Shown here one piece after another: positions 59,942 to 64,000 of a stretch of DNA of 64,000 nucleotides (its first letter is position 1; the number at the start of each line of letters is the position of its first letter). Below the pieces are notes generated by a model, which saw only the letters and a list, made by a program, of their open reading frames with translations, had not been told where the DNA came from and did no database searches. Source of the DNA: an uncultured delta proteobacterium (lineage in GTDB: Bacteria > Desulfobacterota > Binatia > Binatales > Binataceae); contig CAWJET010000001.1 of assembly GCA_963842085.1 (NCBI GenBank), positions 1,024,001 through 1,088,000 of the forward strand. The letters run 5' to 3'. A program made the position numbers and the translations under genes.

Positions 59942-60889
59942 GTGACAGAAATCCGGAGGAACACCACGTTGCGTATTGCACTGCTTGGTCAGGCTGCATT
60001 CGCGGAAAAGGCGCTCGCCGCGCTGCTCGATCACGGCGACGAGATCGTTCACGTCTTCGCGCCACCCGACCCGCCCGCCGGCAAGCACGACGCGCTGACC
60101 GCCAAGGCGCGCGCGATGGGCCTGCCGCTCAGCCAGCCCAGGTCGTTCAAGAACGACGCCGCCTTCGAGCATTTCAAGGCGCTCGACGCCGACCTCGCCA
60201 TCCTTGCCTTCGTCACGCTGATCGTTCCCGAGCGTATTCTCTACGCGCCGCGCTACAAGTCGATTTGCTTTCACCCGTCCCTGCTCCCGCGCCATCGCGG
60301 CGCCAGCGGCATCAACTGGGCGATCATTCAGGGCGACGCGGAAACGGGAGTCACGTGGTTCTGGCCCGACAAGGGCATCGACACCGGCCCGATTCTCATT
60401 CAAAAGCGCGTGCCGATTGCCGAGAACGACACAGTAGGCTCGATCTATTTCAACACGCTCTTCCCGATGGGCATCGACACGATGGTGGCAGCGGTCGATC
60501 TGATCGAATCCGGCAACGCGCCCGCGATCGTGCAGGACGAGAGCAAGGCAACCTACGAGCCGCCATGCCGCGACGAGCACGCCAGGCTCGATTTCGCCAA
60601 GCCGGCGCGCGAACTCTTCAACCTGATCCGCGGATGCGACCCGCAACCCGGTGCCTTCGCAACCGTCGGCGACAAACGCTTGCGGATGTACGAGGCTGCG
60701 TTTTCAGCAAACCGCCCGGATAGTGAAGCGGGAACAATAGTCGCCATCGATGCGGATGGAATGAAAATCGCACTCGCAGGCGGAACGATTATGGTAAAGC
60801 GAGCGCGAATCGATCCGAATCCGAAGAAGGTAGCCCCCGCCGAACTCGCAGCGTCCGGCGATCTCCGCGTCGGCCTGAAGCTGGCTTAG
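59942..60889 (+). CDS. Formyltransferase-fold protein, 10-formyl-THF hydrolase (ALDH1L1 N-domain)-like
   Basis: GQAAF, FHPSLLPRHRGASGINW, FWPD.GIDTGP, LFP.G, IRGCDP.PGA. Confidence 0.8.
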   Translation: MTEIRRNTTLRIALLGQAAFAEKALAALLDHGDEIVHVFAPPDPPAGKHDALTAKARAMGLPLSQPRSFKNDAAFEHFKALDADLAILAFVTLIVPERILYAPRYKSICFHPSLLPRHRGASGINWAIIQGDAETGVTWFWPDKGIDTGPILIQKRVPIAENDTVGSIYFNTLFPMGIDTMVAAVDLIESGNAPAIVQDESKATYEPPCRDEHARLDFAKPARELFNLIRGCDPQPGAFATVGDKRLRMYEAAFSANRPDSEAGTIVAIDADGMKIALAGGTIMVKRARIDPNPKKVAPAELAASGDLRVGLKLA

Positions 60890-60898
60890 ACTCCGCGT

Positions 60899-61222
60899 TC
60901 ATTTCGCTTTCGCCTTGAGCCGTGGATCGTCGGCCGCGACGCATTGCGATTCCGCCATCCGTTTTGTCATTTCCGACTTGCTCAGCGGATGCATCTTCGC
61001 CTTCAGCGTGGTCTTCGCTGCTGCTTGATATTCAGCCGGTGTCATCGGGTTCTGGATGACGTCCGTCAGCGACTCGTCGCATTCCTTCTCGGAATCGAAC
61101 TTCACGCTCTTTCGCCACGTCGATAAGGGCGCACTCGCGTCGACTTTGTTGTCGGCGCCAATCGGCGGAATCATCAGATACCATGCGACGATCGCAAGCG
61201 CGCCGGCGTGCCGAGGGTTCAT
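60899..61222 (-). CDS. Small exported hypothetical protein with two Cys
   Basis: WYLMIPP leader, FDSEKEC, CVAADDPRL. Confidence 0.65.
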   Translation of the reverse strand: MNPRHAGALAIVAWYLMIPPIGADNKVDASAPLSTWRKSVKFDSEKECDESLTDVIQNPMTPAEYQAAAKTTLKAKMHPLSKSEMTKRMAESQCVAADDPRLKAKAK

Positions 61223-61282
61223 ACGATTCATCTTTATCTTATCATTGGGTGCAGAGTCCGTCCTGAGCCAAGCCGAAGGAGG

Positions 61283-61321
61283 TCACCCCTGCTGAAACCC
61301 ACCGCAGGTTTCACATTCAAT
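61283..61321. repeat. REP-like repeat family B, copy 2
   Basis: TCACCCCTGCTGAAACCCACCGCAGGTTTCACATTCAAT. Confidence 0.8.
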
Positions 61322-61396
61322 CAAGTTCTTCTCCGCCCCTGCCGCTGTTCCGCCGTATTCCTTTGCGCTACGATTCGGTCGCAGAGGTTTACCTGG

Positions 61397-62407
61397 ATGC
61401 GACTTTGCATCGGGACGGCCAAGGGCATTGTGATTCTGGATCCCGCGCGCGGTGCGACGCCGCTGATGGTGCTCGCCGACCCCTCGGCCATCTGGTGCAT
61501 GGCCCAGGACGCCGCCGACCCCAACCTCATCTACGCCGGCTCGACCGAGCACATCCGCGGCAAAGGCACGCTCGCGCGCTCGACCGACGGCGGCCGGACC
61601 TGGACCGACGTCACGCCCCAGCTCGCGCGCGAAGAGGAGGTCTGGTCGCTGGCCGCCTCTCCCGCGGTGAAGGATCGCGTGTTCCTCGGGACCTCGCACG
61701 CGCGCCTGTTCCGCAGCGACGACCGCGGGCGCATCTTCAAGGAATGCGCCGGCTTCCTGCAAATTCCCGGGCGCGACCGCTGGACGTTTCCGCCGCCGCC
61801 GCACATTCCGCACGTGCGTGCTATCGCCTGCGATCCGCATGAGCCGTCCACGATGTACGTCGGCGTCGAGGAGGGCGGCATCTTCCGCTCGCGCAACGAC
61901 GGCGCGACTTTCGAGCCGCTCAACGACGGCCTCTACGCCGACCTTCATACCGTCGCGGTGGACTCGCGCGACTCGCGCCGTCTCTACGCCACCACCGGCG
62001 CCGGCTTCTACCTGTCCCACAACGCCGGCAAGTCGTGGGAGCACATCACGCGCGGACTCAATCGCACCTACACCGTCCCGCTGCTGGTAAGCGCGCCCGA
62101 CCGCGACGATGTTTTCACGGCGGCCGCGATGGGCCCGCCGCCCACCTGGCGCGTCGGACCGACCGGCCCCGACGCGGTCTTGTTCCGCAGCGCCGATTGC
62201 GGCGAGAGTTTCACGCCGATTTCCACCGAACAGAGGTTTGGGCGCGGGATGGTGATGCGGCTGAAGGCTGACCCGGAGAACGACGGCAGCGGCTTCTTCG
62301 CGGTGTGCAACGACGGCGCCGTTATGCGCGCCACCACCGACGGGTCATCACTGGCAACAATCGCGGAAAAACTCCCGCCCGCCTACGACATGGCAATCAT
62401 TCCGTGA
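61397..62407 (+). CDS. BNR/Asp-box repeat beta-propeller protein
   Basis: Repeated S.D.G.T[WF] Asp boxes, WTFPPPP..PHVR. Confidence 0.85.
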   Translation: MRLCIGTAKGIVILDPARGATPLMVLADPSAIWCMAQDAADPNLIYAGSTEHIRGKGTLARSTDGGRTWTDVTPQLAREEEVWSLAASPAVKDRVFLGTSHARLFRSDDRGRIFKECAGFLQIPGRDRWTFPPPPHIPHVRAIACDPHEPSTMYVGVEEGGIFRSRNDGATFEPLNDGLYADLHTVAVDSRDSRRLYATTGAGFYLSHNAGKSWEHITRGLNRTYTVPLLVSAPDRDDVFTAAAMGPPPTWRVGPTGPDAVLFRSADCGESFTPISTEQRFGRGMVMRLKADPENDGSGFFAVCNDGAVMRATTDGSSLATIAEKLPPAYDMAIIP

Positions 62408-62419
62408 GCCGCTAACATC

Positions 62420-62495
62420 GGGTGCAGGGGTCCGCGCCGGTGGCGACACCCCTGCCCAAGGAAGTGTGAAACCCACGGCGGGTTTCACATTTAAT
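62420..62495. repeat. REP-like repeat family B, copy 3
   Basis: GGGTGCAGGGG...CACCCCTGC then TGAAACCCACGGCGGGTTTCACATTTAAT. Confidence 0.8.
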
Positions 62496-62576
62496 TACGG
62501 AATGTCCCAGTTTAAGGTAGTTGACACAATAGGTTGATTTTACTAGTATCCCAGCATCAGGTAGCGAGGTGCTGGG

Positions 62577-63455
62577 ATGAACATCACGACAATTTATCGT
62601 CTCTTTCCCACCGAAGCCGACTGCATCGCTCATATCGAGAATGTCCGTTGGCACGGCAAACCCATCTGCCCGTATTGTGGATCGGATCGCTCCACTGCGA
62701 TGCCGAAGGAACAGCGACATCATTGCAACAACTGCAAGACTAGTTTTTCCGCGACCGTCAAGACGATTTTCCATCATACTCATCTGCCATTGCAGAAGTG
62801 GTTTCTCGCTCTGTCGCTCATCCTCAACGCAAAGAAGGGGATCGCGGCGCGCCAGCTTGGCCGCGATCTGGAAGTCAACAAAGATACCGCTTGGTTCATG
62901 GCGATGCGGATTAGGCGCGCTATGGAGGAACAACCAGATCAGCGGGCATTACTCCGAGGGGTGGTTGAAGTCGATGAGACGTACATCGGCGGGAAGCCGC
63001 GGAAGAGCAACAAGCGTGGCGATGATACTCATGGAAACAAGCGCGGACGCGGCACCAAAAAGCTGGCGGTTGTTGGTGCGGTCGAACGCGACGGTAAGGT
63101 CGTGACTCGACTTGTTCCGAACGTCAGAGCCAAGACTCTCACTCAATTTATCCGCGAACACGTTGAAGCCGATGGCACCACTGTGATGACAGATCAGATG
63201 CAATCTTATTGGGGGCTGTCGGCATTCATTCAGCACAAGTCCGTTAATCATCAGGTCGAGTACGTATCCGGCAATATCCATACGAACACGGTCGAATCGT
63301 ATTGGGCTTTGCTCAAGCGCGGAGTGATGGGGCAGTACCACCGAATCAGCAAGCGCTACCTGCCGCGCTATCTCGATGAGTTCAGCTACAGGTACAACAA
63401 CCGGAAAGCGTCAAACGTCTTTGAAATCACACTAGCGAGGGGGTTGGGGAGATGA
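62577..63455 (+). CDS. IS1595-family transposase
   Basis: RW...CPYC..HCNNC, KKGIAARQL, VEVDETY, TDQ, HTNTVESYW, YLDEFSYRYN.R. Confidence 0.95.
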   Translation: MNITTIYRLFPTEADCIAHIENVRWHGKPICPYCGSDRSTAMPKEQRHHCNNCKTSFSATVKTIFHHTHLPLQKWFLALSLILNAKKGIAARQLGRDLEVNKDTAWFMAMRIRRAMEEQPDQRALLRGVVEVDETYIGGKPRKSNKRGDDTHGNKRGRGTKKLAVVGAVERDGKVVTRLVPNVRAKTLTQFIREHVEADGTTVMTDQMQSYWGLSAFIQHKSVNHQVEYVSGNIHTNTVESYWALLKRGVMGQYHRISKRYLPRYLDEFSYRYNNRKASNVFEITLARGLGR

Positions 63456-64000
63456 GCGAGACAATTCCTAAGGCTATTAGGGAAGGCAAAATCAGGATCG
63501 GCGATACGGAGTTCGATTGTGCGGTTCTTGACGATCCCCAGCAAACTCGCGTTCTCGCGCAACAGACCGTTATGCGAGCGATTGGACGTTCTCGACCAGC
63601 AGGTGCCGAAATTCAACGGGCAGCGATCGAAAAATTGCCTGTTTTTCTGGCCGCACCTAACATAATTCCTTTACTTTCCGATGATTTACGTCGATCGAGT
63701 ATTCCCCTTTTGTTTCGTTCCCAAAAAGGAGGCGGCAGACAGACGGCACAAGGTGGAAAGGGCGGCCAAGGTTACGGCGTCGGCCTTAATGCTTTGGTAT
63801 TCCCCGAAATTTGTCGCTTCTATGTCGAATCGCGAGACAAAGGGCTGCTGACAAAACCGCAAATGCGGATCGCCGTAAGATGCGAGCAATTGCTTCGCGG
63901 TCTGGCCGGTGTCGGCATAACGGCGTTGATCGACGAGGCCACTGGCTTTCAGGAAATCCGCGACAGGGACGCGCTTCAAAAAATTCTAGAGGCTTATATC
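63452..64000 (+). CDS. P63C-domain protein, partial (not in ORF track)
   Basis: ATGA overlap with tnp stop; open to window end; CAVLDD..TRVL, GITALIDEATGFQEIRDRDALQKILEAYI. Confidence 0.85.
   Translation, partial: MSETIPKAIREGKIRIGDTEFDCAVLDDPQQTRVLAQQTVMRAIGRSRPAGAEIQRAAIEKLPVFLAAPNIIPLLSDDLRRSSIPLLFRSQKGGGRQTAQGGKGGQGYGVGLNALVFPEICRFYVESRDKGLLTKPQMRIAVRCEQLLRGLAGVGITALIDEATGFQEIRDRDALQKILEAYI

Larger units (their letters stand above)
62506..64000 (+). mobile_element. IS1595-family element with passenger gene, truncated by window end (left end approximate, 62498-62506)
   Basis: Transposase preceded by IR-like ...GTAGTTGACAC with TTGACA-17-TAGTAT; right end not in window. Confidence 0.75.

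Noticed and set aside
62465-62489. TGTGAAAC...GTTTCACA as a second parS
   Set aside because: Half-sites are in reverse order with a spacer; it is the family B repeat hairpin.

Overview
GC-rich bacterial chromosome segment. The gene content suggests a deltaproteobacteria-like organism, possibly Candidatus Binatota (inference only). Most of it is housekeeping: rsmD-coaD-aminotransferase, groEL, rimI, carD-ispD, cysK-larE, htpX-degQ-PBP1B-TPR-tsaD-rsmA-mutM-pilD-tmk-holB-ricT-metG-tatD, arsR-arsC-acr3, ggt, sppA and others. An accessory island at about 17.1-23.2 kb is bounded by REP-like palindromic repeats. It holds a complete IS3 (17511-18730, GAAC target duplication) that interrupts a HEPN-like gene, and a complete 2950-bp IS1595 element (19689-22638, 25-bp IRs, AACTAAAA duplication) carrying a PIN toxin plus a large partner gene. 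A parS-like site sits next to it. A second IS1595 with a P63C passenger runs off the right edge. The most unusual items are: a ferredoxin-linker-membrane-Hsp20-like fusion; an ECF sigma coupled to a domain-permuted Ogt-Ada protein lacking AraC; three tandem glycine-zipper lipoprotein paralogs; two alanine-zipper lipoproteins; a REP repeat embedded in frame in a glycosyltransferase; and a duplicated promoter module flanking the ars/cyclase block. All family assignments come from motif recognition by eye; no database searches were run.
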